NCBI GenBank assembly: GCA_050174305.1
Contig: JBFXJZ010000009.1
Location: 34,148-98,147 of the forward strand
Reading direction: 5' to 3'
Origin: Pyrinomonadaceae bacterium
Lineage (GTDB): Bacteria; Acidobacteriota; Blastocatellia; Pyrinomonadales; Pyrinomonadaceae
Length of the DNA: 64,000 nucleotides
Position 1 is the first letter of the stretch. Each line of letters starts with the position of its first letter. Positions 50,477 to 56,951 of the stretch are shown here, piece by piece. The position numbers and the translations under genes are program-made. The notes beneath the pieces were generated by a model, which was not told the origin of the DNA, made no database searches, and worked only from the letters and a program-made list of their open reading frames with translations.

Positions 50477-50631
50477 CGGTATACTACAAGAAGGCGATCA
50501 ACCTTTTTGCGGAATGGTGAGGGCAGCGTCTCCCACACCGCGGCTCTCTTGCGGAATAACATCTTCGGGCCACGACGTTTTGTTCCAACTCGATTATAAC
50601 TAAAATTCTCCCGCCAGATTAATGAGTCGAA

Positions 50632-51696
50632 CTAACTGTCAAGTCGCTTTACTGCCTCAAGCATAAGCTCCGCGTCGGTTTCCGCGTAGATGTTTGTAAT
50701 GCTCATGTCCGAATGGGCAAAGAGATTCTGGACTATGAGGGGATTTGTATTTCTACGAATTAATTCGCTGGCAAAGTAGGTTCTTAAGTCGTGGAAATGA
50801 TAGTTTTCTTCTCTTGTGCCGTCTGGCTTGTTGATCTTGGCTCTTATGAGAGCCGGATGCCAGCGTTTTCGGAAATCGACAATTGGAAATGGAAGCTGTT
50901 TGTCGGCGATTAGGTCCCGTAAAACCGATGCCGCGGTTGCATTGATCGGTACGGATCGCGGAGGTCGTCCCTTCGAACCAATTACCCATACCCTTTGATT
51001 CTCAAAATCGATCACATCCTCGTTCAAAGCCAATAACTGGCCGCGGCGCAATGGCATGTTAACGGCCAATTGGACAAGCCTGTATAGCAGCTGATCGGAT
51101 TCGAGCTCCTTCCACAACGCTTTCTTCTGCTCGGTCGTAAGTAGGCGCTTTCGTGGTGGCGGCTCTGGAAGGGACTTTACATACTGCATCGGATTGCGAT
51201 CAAGAACGTCTTCCTCACAAGCGAGACTGAAGATCTTCGACAAAGTCGACATGATCCTATTGATGGAGGAAGGAGAGATCGAACTTTTCTTTTTTCGCTG
51301 GTTTTTCCCGTACTGAAGTTTGTCCCGGCAATCGCGACAATCCTGTGGCGTGATGGTGTGCAGAGGTTGATCCTTTAGGTTTTTCAAAAGGAGTTTTATG
51401 TAAAGATTCTTCGCCCCCTTATTGACGTTGTTTTGCTCTACATATTTTCGATAGGTTGTTTCTACGAAGTCTCCAAAAGTTAAAGTCGTATCCGCTTGTC
51501 CGAAAGATCTGTCGAATAGCCGCTTGACCAGTTGGCGCTCGGCGAGTTCAGCTTCTTCCTTAGTACGGGCTGTCGGAATAACCTGATGAATAGTCTTATG
51601 CCCTTTAACTCGTCTGTATACCCACCAGCGAGCTGCTGCATACGCCGGATGCTTAGCGTTTATCCGCTTACCGTTATACTTCTTAAAAACTGACAT
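50632..51696 (-). CDS. Tyrosine site-specific integrase
   Basis: The C-terminal catalytic region has RRGQLLAL (Arg I), HFHDLRTYF (H-x-x-R) and AHSDMSITNIYA (His...Tyr). Confidence 0.9.
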   Translation of the reverse strand: MSVFKKYNGKRINAKHPAYAAARWWVYRRVKGHKTIHQVIPTARTKEEAELAERQLVKRLFDRSFGQADTTLTFGDFVETTYRKYVEQNNVNKGAKNLYIKLLLKNLKDQPLHTITPQDCRDCRDKLQYGKNQRKKKSSISPSSINRIMSTLSKIFSLACEEDVLDRNPMQYVKSLPEPPPRKRLLTTEQKKALWKELESDQLLYRLVQLAVNMPLRRGQLLALNEDVIDFENQRVWVIGSKGRPPRSVPINATAASVLRDLIADKQLPFPIVDFRKRWHPALIRAKINKPDGTREENYHFHDLRTYFASELIRRNTNPLIVQNLFAHSDMSITNIYAETDAELMLEAVKRLDS

Positions 51697-51700
51697 ACGC

Positions 51701-51955
51701 TTAGTAATTCGCTAACCAGGCATCCACCTCAGTTCTATTAAAAGTTGGCCGGCCCACTCCGTGGAACGGTAAACCATTTTTTCGCATCCATCGATTGATC
51801 GTTGCACTAGATTTCTTCAGATATTTTGCGACTTCGGACTTCGTCATAATCTGGGGCGGCTGAGATGAGTGAATTGCTTTCTCGATTGCTCCCGCGACAG
51901 AGGTATCGATCAAACGAATCAGCTCAGCTTTTTCTATCGTGATAATTTCAACCAT
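51701..51955 (-). CDS. Excisionase / MerR-like HTH DNA-binding protein
   Basis: 84 aa, MTKSEVAKYLKKSSATINRWMRKNGLPF. It lies immediately upstream of the integrase. Confidence 0.7.
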   Translation of the reverse strand: MVEIITIEKAELIRLIDTSVAGAIEKAIHSSQPPQIMTKSEVAKYLKKSSATINRWMRKNGLPFHGVGRPTFNRTEVDAWLANY

Positions 51956-52222
51956 TTCCTGAACCTCCGATCACCAATTGGCAAAAAATGTGCCTCGCCA
52001 AAAAGCCATGAAAATAACCGGCATTGGCCACAAAAGTCGCGAAAACGAGCCACTCGACGCAGTTTTGTGCCACACAAAGGATGTTTATAAACCAGCCTGA
52101 TCAAGAGTGATGATCTTTGAAAGTTATGAGCGGAAAAAGAGGACAAAAAGAATACTGCAACCAACCTGCAACCAAGTCAAAGAAATGGAGCTTCCAGCAA
52201 TCGCTGAAAGCCCCATGTTTAT

Positions 52223-52299
52223 TGGTCGGGACGACAAGATTTGAACTTGCGACCTCTCGCACCCCAAGCGAACGCGCTACCAGACTGCGCTACGTCCCG
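52223..52299 (-). tRNA. tRNA-Pro (anticodon GGG), canonical
   Basis: Reverse complement: CGGGACG TA GCGC AGTCTGGTA GCGC G TTCGC TTGGGGT GCGAG AGGTC GCAAG TTCAAAT CTTGT CGTCCCG A CCA. All four stems pair, and C1:G72 is typical of Pro. Confidence 0.9.
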
Positions 52300-52343
52300 A
52301 AATTTCGATTTTTAGCTTAGATTTGGCGGGTGACTTTGTCAAC

Positions 52344-52844
52344 TCACTGATTTCTTAGGTGTTCGGCCGCCCGTTCCGTCTGATCGGTCTTCAACATCTC
52401 ACGAAGCTCAAGCAATTGTGCGCCTAGCGCCCGCAGCGCCTCGCGGCCTTCCCTGGACAGGCCTTCAGACGCCATCGCTCGCGAAAGTGTCTCCTCCGGC
52501 AATTCGAGGTCGAAAAGAGCCGGATCCGCGGCCGGTGAACTTGCAGGACCTTCAGCCGCTGCGTCAGGCTTGCTTTTGCCGTTTTCCTTCAACTCCGACT
52601 GAAGCTTTTTTCGTGCCCCGGCGATAGTGTAGAGCTCATCATAAAGCAGCTCTTTTATCCGAAGTGAGATCTCGACGTCCCGCCGTCGATAGCTTCGTTG
52701 GCCAGATCGGTTCTTTTGCGGGGCGAGTTGCGGAAATTCCGTCTCCCAATAACGGAGGACATGGGCCTGAACGTCGAGGATGTCGCATACCTCGCCGATC
52801 TTGAAGTATATTTTCTCAGGTATTACTACAGGTTCCCGATTCAT
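52344..52844 (-). CDS. MerR-family transcriptional regulator
   Basis: [25 protein letters not shown]...[12 protein letters not shown] (MerR HTH). Confidence 0.85.
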   Translation of the reverse strand: MNREPVVIPEKIYFKIGEVCDILDVQAHVLRYWETEFPQLAPQKNRSGQRSYRRRDVEISLRIKELLYDELYTIAGARKKLQSELKENGKSKPDAAAEGPASSPAADPALFDLELPEETLSRAMASEGLSREGREALRALGAQLLELREMLKTDQTERAAEHLRNQ

Positions 52845-52927
52845 TACGATAGACTGTGTGTTAAAGTTCTTTATCGGTTAGTCGCCGTTATTGTATGTAT
52901 TTACGTGGTTTGTGTCAATAGGTTGAA

Positions 52928-53884
52928 ATGGTTTCGGAGTTTGACTTCATAAAGAACATTAAGGCGAAATACGGCCTTCGCGGTATCGGCGACGACTGTG
53001 CGATCCTCCCGAAAAACGACGAGTCAGACACCGTGATCACCGCCGATTTACTCGTCGAGGACATCCATTTTCGTCTCAATTGGACCTCGCCCGGATTGTT
53101 GGGAGCGAAAGTGTTGGCGGTTTCACTCTCGGACATTGCCGCGATGGGTGCCGAGCCGACGTGGGCGATGCTGTCGTTCGCCGTAACCGACTCGGTTTGG
53201 AATAGCGATTTCCTCGAGAAATTCTACGAAGGATGGTTTACGCTGGCCCGTCGTCACAACGTCGAACTGGTCGGAGGCGATGTTTCGCGAACGGCCGGAA
53301 AGATCGTTTTCGATTCGATCGTCGGCGGCAAGGTACCAACCGGAAAGGCAATCTTGCGGAGCGGGGCCCAGGTCGGCGACTCGATCTTCGTCACCGGTCC
53401 GCTTGGCGGAGCAGCCGGCGGCCTGATGATGCTCGAATCCGGTATCAAATACGGGACGGCTGACCCCGCCCGGCAAGCTTTGATAACGAAACAATTGCGA
53501 CCGGTGCCCAGGATCGAGATCGGTAACCAGCTCAGGGAAGCGGGCCTCGTGGACACGATGATCGACCTGAGCGACGGGCTCTCCTCTGACCTACGACACA
53601 TTTGCAATGCCAGCCACGTCGGTGCTCGTCTATACGCGAATGACATTCCGATCTGCCCTGATCTGACAAAGATCGGTGTCGCCCACGACCAGGCCCTTAC
53701 ATTGGCGCTAAACGGCGGCGAGGATTTCGAGCTTCTGTTCACATCAAAGGACGCTGAAATTTCTTTGCCCGGCCAATCGGACATCTACCGTATCGGTGAG
53801 ATCACCGCAAATGAAGGGGTGATTGAAGTTATCGGTAGCGAAGAGTTCGAGGTACTGCAGCCTGGTGGCTATCGCCATTTCTAA
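52928..53884 (+). CDS. thiL: Thiamine-monophosphate kinase
   Basis: EFDFIKNIK..GIGDDCAIL..ADLLVEDIHF, GGDVSRT and DLSDGLSSDL (AIR-synthase-like fold). Confidence 0.9.
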   Translation: MVSEFDFIKNIKAKYGLRGIGDDCAILPKNDESDTVITADLLVEDIHFRLNWTSPGLLGAKVLAVSLSDIAAMGAEPTWAMLSFAVTDSVWNSDFLEKFYEGWFTLARRHNVELVGGDVSRTAGKIVFDSIVGGKVPTGKAILRSGAQVGDSIFVTGPLGGAAGGLMMLESGIKYGTADPARQALITKQLRPVPRIEIGNQLREAGLVDTMIDLSDGLSSDLRHICNASHVGARLYANDIPICPDLTKIGVAHDQALTLALNGGEDFELLFTSKDAEISLPGQSDIYRIGEITANEGVIEVIGSEEFEVLQPGGYRHF

Positions 53885-53912
53885 CTTTTTTGCTCACCGC
53901 GAAAATTTTTGC

Positions 53913-53943
53913 TTGACACGGAATTTTGACCTGTGTTTATAAT
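53913..53943 (+). promoter_or_regulatory. Sigma70-like promoter candidate
   Basis: TTGACA (53913-53918) and TATAAT (53938-53943). The spacer is 19 bp, longer than optimal. Confidence 0.25.
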
Positions 53944-54156
53944 CCTCCCTGCTTCGCACCGGCGGAGTAATTTTTTTGGAGATAGTTTGATGATTCGAAG
54001 ATCGATACATAGCATCACGACCCTCACAGGCACGTCGACCGCGTTAGATATGCGGTTCGATATGGCCTGGGACGGAGCGGTCTGCTTCGGACTCGAACAG
54101 CCGAATTATCAACCCAAACAGCGCGGCACGGATCGCGCGGTAGAACCAGATTAAAA

Positions 54157-54287
54157 CAGCGGGAGCGGCGTTCCCGCTCCCGAAACATCGAAAGCAGGAC
54201 GAGCATATCGTCCGGTGATTTTTAGGAGCGGTTACGCCGGGGATATTGGAAGCCCGAGAGTAGCCGCTCCTTTTACTTTCGATGTTT
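54157..54287. ncRNA. Candidate structured RNA: hairpin plus three-way junction, class unknown
   Basis: Hand-folded. An 8-bp hairpin GGGAGCGG/CCGCTCCC (54161-54181). P1 is a 12-bp helix AAACATCGAAAG (54183-94) / CTTTCGATGTTT (54276-87). It encloses P2 GGACGA/TCGTCC (54197-54213) and P3 AGGAGCGG/CCGCTCCT (54224-54271). The strand is undetermined. Confidence 0.25.
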
Positions 54288-54312
54288 GACAACTGAATAG
54301 CCGCATTTATTT

Positions 54313-54384
54313 GTGACAAGGGGCAAGTGACGAGTGACTAGCCGATAGCATTGCTCATCACTTGTCACTCGTCCCTAGTCACTC
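54313..54384. repeat. Heptanucleotide tandem-repeat hairpin 1 (GTGACNN units)
   Basis: Left arm GTGACAA GGGGCAA GTGACGA GTGACTA. Right arm TCACTTG TCACTCG TCCCTAG TCACTC, the complementary heptads. A T7 run and then tRNA-Arg follow. Confidence 0.8.
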
Positions 54385-54391
54385 TTTTTTT

Positions 54392-54469
54392 GGAGACGTA
54401 GCTCAACGGAATCAGAGCGCCTCGCTTCGAACGAGGGGGTTGGAGGTTCGAATCCTTCCGTCTTCGCCA
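54392..54469 (+). tRNA. tRNA-Arg (anticodon TCG)
   Basis: GGAGACG TA GCTC AACGGAATCA GAGC G CCTCG CTTCGAA CGAGG GGGTT GGAGG TTCGAAT CCTTC CGTCTTC G CCA. Canonical cloverleaf with CCA encoded. Confidence 0.85.
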
Positions 54470-54481
54470 ATTTTCAAACAC

Positions 54482-54557
54482 GGGGATGAATGCAAAGCGT
54501 CGCGCGTCCAGTTTTTCAAGCTGGCCCTAGCGGGTTCGAGTCCCGCCTTCCCTACCA
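54482..54557 (+). tRNA. tRNA-Glu-like (anticodon TTC), non-canonical D region
   Basis: 76 nt that fit standard numbering. The T arm GCGGG TTCGAGT CCCGC and the anticodon arm CCAGT TTTTCAA GCTGG are fine. However it has A8 instead of U8, D-loop AAGCGTCG without the G18-G19 pair, a 13:22 A-C mismatch and a 6:67 T-T mismatch. Confidence 0.5.
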
Positions 54558-54559
54558 GG

Positions 54560-55063
54560 TCAGAGGATCAGTTCGTAGTGAAATTCGTCTTCGGTGATCC
54601 CATCGTTCCAAACTTTTTCGGTTACGTGGGTAAGCGAGAATCCAAACTTCTGATTGGCTGATCTTGACGCAAGATTTGACGCCCGATGGGAAATGATGAG
54701 CCGTGCGACGGTTGGATGCTCTCGAGCCCAGTTGATCCTCGCCTTGTAGAACATTTTAGATAGTCCCTTTCCTCTAATTTCTGGGTCCAGCCACGATCCC
54801 CACAGAATGGCAGTGCGGTTACTCGGGTCGTCCCGGTAGACCGATACGCCCGTGATACCCATCGGCAGCGTCCGAGCGAACAGTACAAAGATCGCGACTG
54901 CCTCATCCTTAAGCGATTCTTGCCACTGGACAACTGACTGATCTGCCTCTCGGTCGTAGTTCGAACCAAACACAAGTGGGTCTGTCGCAAGGGCTTTGAG
55001 GCGGATCTGCCTGAAGATCTCCCAATCGTCCTTTTCCAGTTTTCTGATCGTATATTCAGACAC
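54560..55063 (-). CDS. GNAT-family N-acetyltransferase
   Basis: 168 aa from GTG 55063, with acetyl-CoA motif A WLDPEIRGKGLSKMF. The 259-aa track ORF reads back through three tRNA genes, so it was trimmed. No obvious RBS. Confidence 0.6.
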   Translation of the reverse strand: MSEYTIRKLEKDDWEIFRQIRLKALATDPLVFGSNYDREADQSVVQWQESLKDEAVAIFVLFARTLPMGITGVSVYRDDPSNRTAILWGSWLDPEIRGKGLSKMFYKARINWAREHPTVARLIISHRASNLASRSANQKFGFSLTHVTEKVWNDGITEDEFHYELIL

Positions 55064-55086
55064 TGGGCAAAATATAACAGCACTAC

Positions 55087-55161
55087 TTCGGGGTCGTCTA
55101 ACCGGCAGGACGGCTGGCTCTGAACCAGTAGATGGAGGTTCAAATCCTTCCCCCGAAGCCA
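55087..55161 (+). tRNA. tRNA-Gln (anticodon CTG)
   Basis: TTCGGGG TC GTCT AACCGGCA GGAC G GCTGG CTCTGAA CCAGT AGAT GGAGG TTCAAAT CCTTC CCCCGAA G CCA. U1:A72 and G73 are as in bacterial tRNA-Gln. Confidence 0.85.
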
Positions 55162-55171
55162 ACATATTTAC

Positions 55172-55249
55172 CAGAGCGTTCCGCAGAAGGCTATACGGGC
55201 TTGCCTTGGAAGCAAGTGTTCGCAGGTTCGAATCCTGCCGCTCTGACCA
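55172..55249 (+). tRNA. tRNA-Pro (anticodon TGG)
   Basis: CAGAGCG TT CCGC AGAAGGCTAT ACGG G CTTGC CTTGGAA GCAAG TGTTC GCAGG TTCGAAT CCTGC CGCTCTG A CCA. C1:G72; there is a 13:22 C-A mismatch. Confidence 0.75.
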
Positions 55250-55257
55250 TACTTCCC

Positions 55258-55332
55258 GCCGGGATAGCTCAAATGGCAAGCAGCATCTGTCTTGTAAACA
55301 GAAGGTTCTGAGTTCAAATCTCAGTCCCGGCC
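55258..55332 (+). tRNA. tRNA-Thr (anticodon TGT)
   Basis: GCCGGGA TA GCTC AAATGGCAAG CAGC A TCTGT CTTGTAA ACAGA AGGTT CTGAG TTCAAAT CTCAG TCCCGGC C. It has a 13:22 C-C mismatch. This is the only array member without an encoded CCA. Confidence 0.7.
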
Positions 55333-55339
55333 AGTTCAC

Positions 55340-55416
55340 GCACGCGTGGCCAAAACGGCAAAGGCGCCGGTCTTAGAAACCGGATATTGAAGGTTCGAAT
55401 CCTTCCGCGTGTACCA
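55340..55416 (+). tRNA. tRNA with Leu anticodon TAG but a class-I (short variable arm) body
   Basis: GCACGCG TG GCCA AAACGGCAA AGGC G CCGGT CTTAGAA ACCGG ATATT GAAGG TTCGAAT CCTTC CGCGTGT A CCA. The variable region is 5 nt, whereas bacterial tRNA-Leu normally has a long extra arm. The D arm and anticodon stem resemble class-II Ser/Leu tRNAs. Confidence 0.6.
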
Positions 55417-55432
55417 CTTTGTTAGTTGCGAC

Positions 55433-55497
55433 TTTCGAGTTTCAAGTTTCGGGATCAACTTCTTTTGACTCCAGACTTGGAACTCGAAACTCGAAAC
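55433..55497. repeat. Heptanucleotide tandem-repeat hairpin 2 (TTTCNAG units)
   Basis: Left arm TTTCGAG TTTCAAG TTTCGGG. Right arm CTCGAAA CTCGAAA. It lies upstream of tRNA-Cys. Confidence 0.75.
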
Positions 55498-55505
55498 TAA
55501 TTCGG

Positions 55506-55582
55506 GCGGGTATAGCCAAGCGGCCAAAGGCGGCGGTCTGCAAAACCGTTAATCATCGGTTCAAATCCGATTACCCGCTCCA
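55506..55582 (+). tRNA. tRNA-Cys (anticodon GCA)
   Basis: GCGGGTA TA GCCA AGCGGCCAA AGGC G GCGGT CTGCAAA ACCGT TAATC ATCGG TTCAAAT CCGAT TACCCGC T CCA. U73 is the Cys discriminator. Confidence 0.8.
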
Positions 55583-55655
55583 ACTGTTTCGAGTCCCGGC
55601 TTCAGCCGGCCAACGCGAAAAGAACTGCCAGCTAAAGCTGGTACTCAAAACTTCA

Positions 55656-55733
55656 TGTGGATCGTAGCTCAATCGGCAGAGCACCTCACTGTGAATGAGG
55701 CCGTTGCAGGTTCAAATCCGGTCGATCCACCCA
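55656..55733 (+). tRNA. tRNA-His (anticodon GTG) with encoded G-1
   Basis: G(-1) TGGATCG TA GCTC AATCGGCA GAGC A CCTCA CTGTGAA TGAGG CCGTT GCAGG TTCAAAT CCGGT CGATCCA C CCA. It has the G-1:C73 pair. One A-G mismatch sits in the T stem, and 1:72 is U:A. Confidence 0.75.
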
Positions 55734-55753
55734 AAACAACAGTGGCGAGTGTT

Positions 55754-55815
55754 CAGTGGTCAGTGATCAGAGACTTCCGAGTGACTGACCACTGGTCACT
55801 GGTAACTGACCACTG
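55754..55815. repeat. Heptanucleotide tandem-repeat hairpin 3 (NNCACTG units)
   Basis: Left arm CAGTGGT CAGTGAT CAG. Right arm GTGACTG ACCACTG GTCACTG GTAACTG ACCACTG. It lies upstream of tRNA-Asp. Confidence 0.8.
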
Positions 55816-55820
55816 ACGAA

Positions 55821-55896
55821 GGGGCCGTGGCAGAAAGGCGTATGCACTTCGCTGTCGACGAAGACGATGACGGTTCGAATCCGTTCGGTCCCGCCA
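55821..55896 (+). tRNA. tRNA-Asp (anticodon GTC)
   Basis: GGGGCCG TG GCAG AAAGGCGT ATGC A CTTCG CTGTCGA CGAAG ACGAT GACGG TTCGAAT CCGTT CGGTCCC G CCA. G73 is present; there is a 13:22 mismatch. Confidence 0.75.
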
Positions 55897-55907
55897 GTTT
55901 CACAAAA

Positions 55908-55982
55908 GGACGCTTAGCTGAGACAGATCAGCGGCGGCCCGAAAAGCCGAAGAGCTTGGCGCGATACCAAGAGCGTCCACCA
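55908..55982 (+). tRNA. tRNA-Phe-like (anticodon GAA) lacking canonical T-loop and D-loop signatures
   Basis: GGACGCT TA GCTG AGACAGAT CAGC G GCGGC CCGAAAA GCCGA AGAG CTTGG CGCGATA CCAAG AGCGTCC A CCA. All stems pair except 27:43. The T-loop is CGCGATA (no T54-Psi55-C56), the D-loop has no GG, and position 33 is C. Confidence 0.45.
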
Positions 55983-56157
55983 ATCACTCAAAAAACCCGC
56001 CCGCTCACGCAGGCGGCACTGACAGGAGGCAAAACCTATGTCTGCACTTACGAGTTGCAACATTATCGCGACGTGACTGTTCAGCTTTTCCTAGTTCGCT
56101 GAAAGTTCGTCGCAAGAAACCAACATCTTTCAGCACATCAACATTGAGGAAAAGAAA

Positions 56158-56505
56158 ATGAGCAAGAAATACCACGTTCAAAAGAAGGAGTTTCTGAACA
56201 TGTTCCCGACATGGCGAGCCTACATAATCGCTTCCGTCGAAGACACCAGCGAGGTTTCGCGGTGCTGCAGCGATCACAGCGAGGCCGCCGGTCACGTTCA
56301 CTTCGAACTCGCGTCCTGCCACGACGAGATCGAACTTCACTTCTCGCTCGCGACCGCGGAAGAACGTGACAACAGCCTCTACAAGGCGAATAAACTCGCC
56401 GAGGTTATAGCCGCCTTCCGCGATGCGATCGAGAAGGAGATCGCGATCATAAACGAACGCCACTCGACGCAGCAGCAAGCTCGCGCATCGTCGGCCGTTC
56501 ACTGA
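56158..56505 (+). CDS. Hypothetical 115-aa protein inside the tRNA array
   Basis: GAGGAAAAG RBS. It contains a Cys/His-rich stretch, CCSDHSEAAGHVHFELASCHDE. I prefer it over the overlapping 172-aa minus-strand ORF, which has no RBS and an odd composition. Confidence 0.5.
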   Translation: MSKKYHVQKKEFLNMFPTWRAYIIASVEDTSEVSRCCSDHSEAAGHVHFELASCHDEIELHFSLATAEERDNSLYKANKLAEVIAAFRDAIEKEIAIINERHSTQQQARASSAVH

Positions 56506-56523
56506 TTCTCCGACCCGTCGCAC

Positions 56524-56551
56524 CCGGCCGCTTCGATCGGCAAGCGGCCGG
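56524..56551 (+). terminator. Stem-loop after the 115-aa ORF (possible terminator)
   Basis: A 10-bp stem CCGGCCGCTT/AAGCGGCCGG with an 8-nt loop. The T-rich stretch starts only ~15 nt downstream, so this is a weak intrinsic-terminator call. Confidence 0.35.
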
Positions 56552-56779
56552 CACTGGTTGGAATTATTTAGTTTTCAAACATCACAACGTCTTACCTGAC
56601 TAAACGCGGATCTCGCGGGACCGGTGAGGACAAGGGAATGAACTAATACATACCTTGGCCCGCAACGGGCCTGTTCGTCCTTTGTCCGACGAAGCCGGCC
56701 CCGCACCGCGTTTGCCTACCGTTTTTGTGACAAGCTTTTTCAGCTTGTCGCCGCAGACTGGGAGGTCTGCTCTATTTGC

Positions 56780-56856
56780 CCGCCGGTGGCCAAGCTGGTT
56801 AAGGCACTCGCCTTTTAAGCGAGGGAGCGTGGGTTCGAATCCCACCCGGCGGACCA
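56780..56856 (+). tRNA. tRNA-Lys (anticodon TTT)
   Basis: CCGCCGG TG GCCA AGCTGGTTA AGGC A CTCGC CTTTTAA GCGAG GGAGC GTGGG TTCGAAT CCCAC CCGGCGG A CCA. It has an unusual C1:G72 and a Ser/Leu-like D arm. Confidence 0.7.
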
Positions 56857-56865
56857 TTCTGAAAA

Positions 56866-56949
56866 GGATGAAGGCGGAAGGTTGAAGGATGAAACAAAGA
56901 TTATTCACGATTAACCGTTCGTCCCTCATCCTTCATCCTTCATCCTTCC
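56866..56949. repeat. Heptanucleotide tandem-repeat hairpin 4 (GGNNGAA / CTTCATC units)
   Basis: Left arm GGATGAA GGCGGAA GGTTGAA GGATGAA. Right arm CCTCATC CTTCATC CTTCATC CTTCC. It lies upstream of tRNA-Met. Confidence 0.8.
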
Positions 56950-56951
56950 AG

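Larger units (their letters stand above)
1..52299. mobile_element. Integrative conjugative element (ICE); right end at tRNA-Pro(GGG), left end not reached in this window
   Basis: The block holds a T4SS gene set (299-16029), relaxase plus accessory protein (20489-23532), cargo, and integrase plus excisionase (50632-51955). The integrase lies ~270 bp from the 3' end of tRNA-Pro. No copy of the tRNA 3' segment occurs in 1-298, so attL probably lies upstream of the window. Confidence 0.7.

Noticed and set aside
53254-53784. A 176-aa minus-strand ORF inside thiL
   Set aside because: It is antisense to a well-supported ThiL reading frame. The sequence is low-complexity and Ser/Pro/Arg-rich, with no start context.
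53933-54154. A 73-aa ORF (or a 54-aa version from MIRRS with a GGAGA RBS) downstream of the promoter-like sequence
   Set aside because: It is short, has no recognisable motif, and its composition is unremarkable. It cannot be supported without conservation or expression data.
53944-54312. RNase P RNA, tmRNA, SRP RNA or a TPP riboswitch in the ~370-nt gap after thiL
   Set aside because: None of the conserved cores is present: GAGGAAAGUCCGGGC for RNase P; the GGGG start and tRNA-Ala-like end for tmRNA; GGAAGCAGCC for SRP; CUGAGA with ACCUGAUCUGGAUAAUGCC for TPP. Only an unclassified structure remains, and it is reported as a finding.
54560-55339. A 259-aa version of the GNAT ORF
   Set aside because: The N-terminal 91 residues are read through the reverse complements of tRNA-Gln, tRNA-Pro and tRNA-Thr. 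I trimmed it to the GNAT domain, starting at GTG 55063.
56005-56523. A 172-aa minus-strand ORF inside the tRNA array
   Set aside because: It fully overlaps the plus-strand 115-aa ORF, which has a proper RBS. It has no RBS itself, would start inside spacer DNA and has an Arg/Val-rich antisense-type composition.
54313-56949. Possibility that the short spaced repeats around the tRNAs are a CRISPR array
   Set aside because: The repeat units are 7 nt, tandem, differ between sites and are arranged as inverted arms. There are no 25-40-nt direct repeats with unique spacers and no cas genes.
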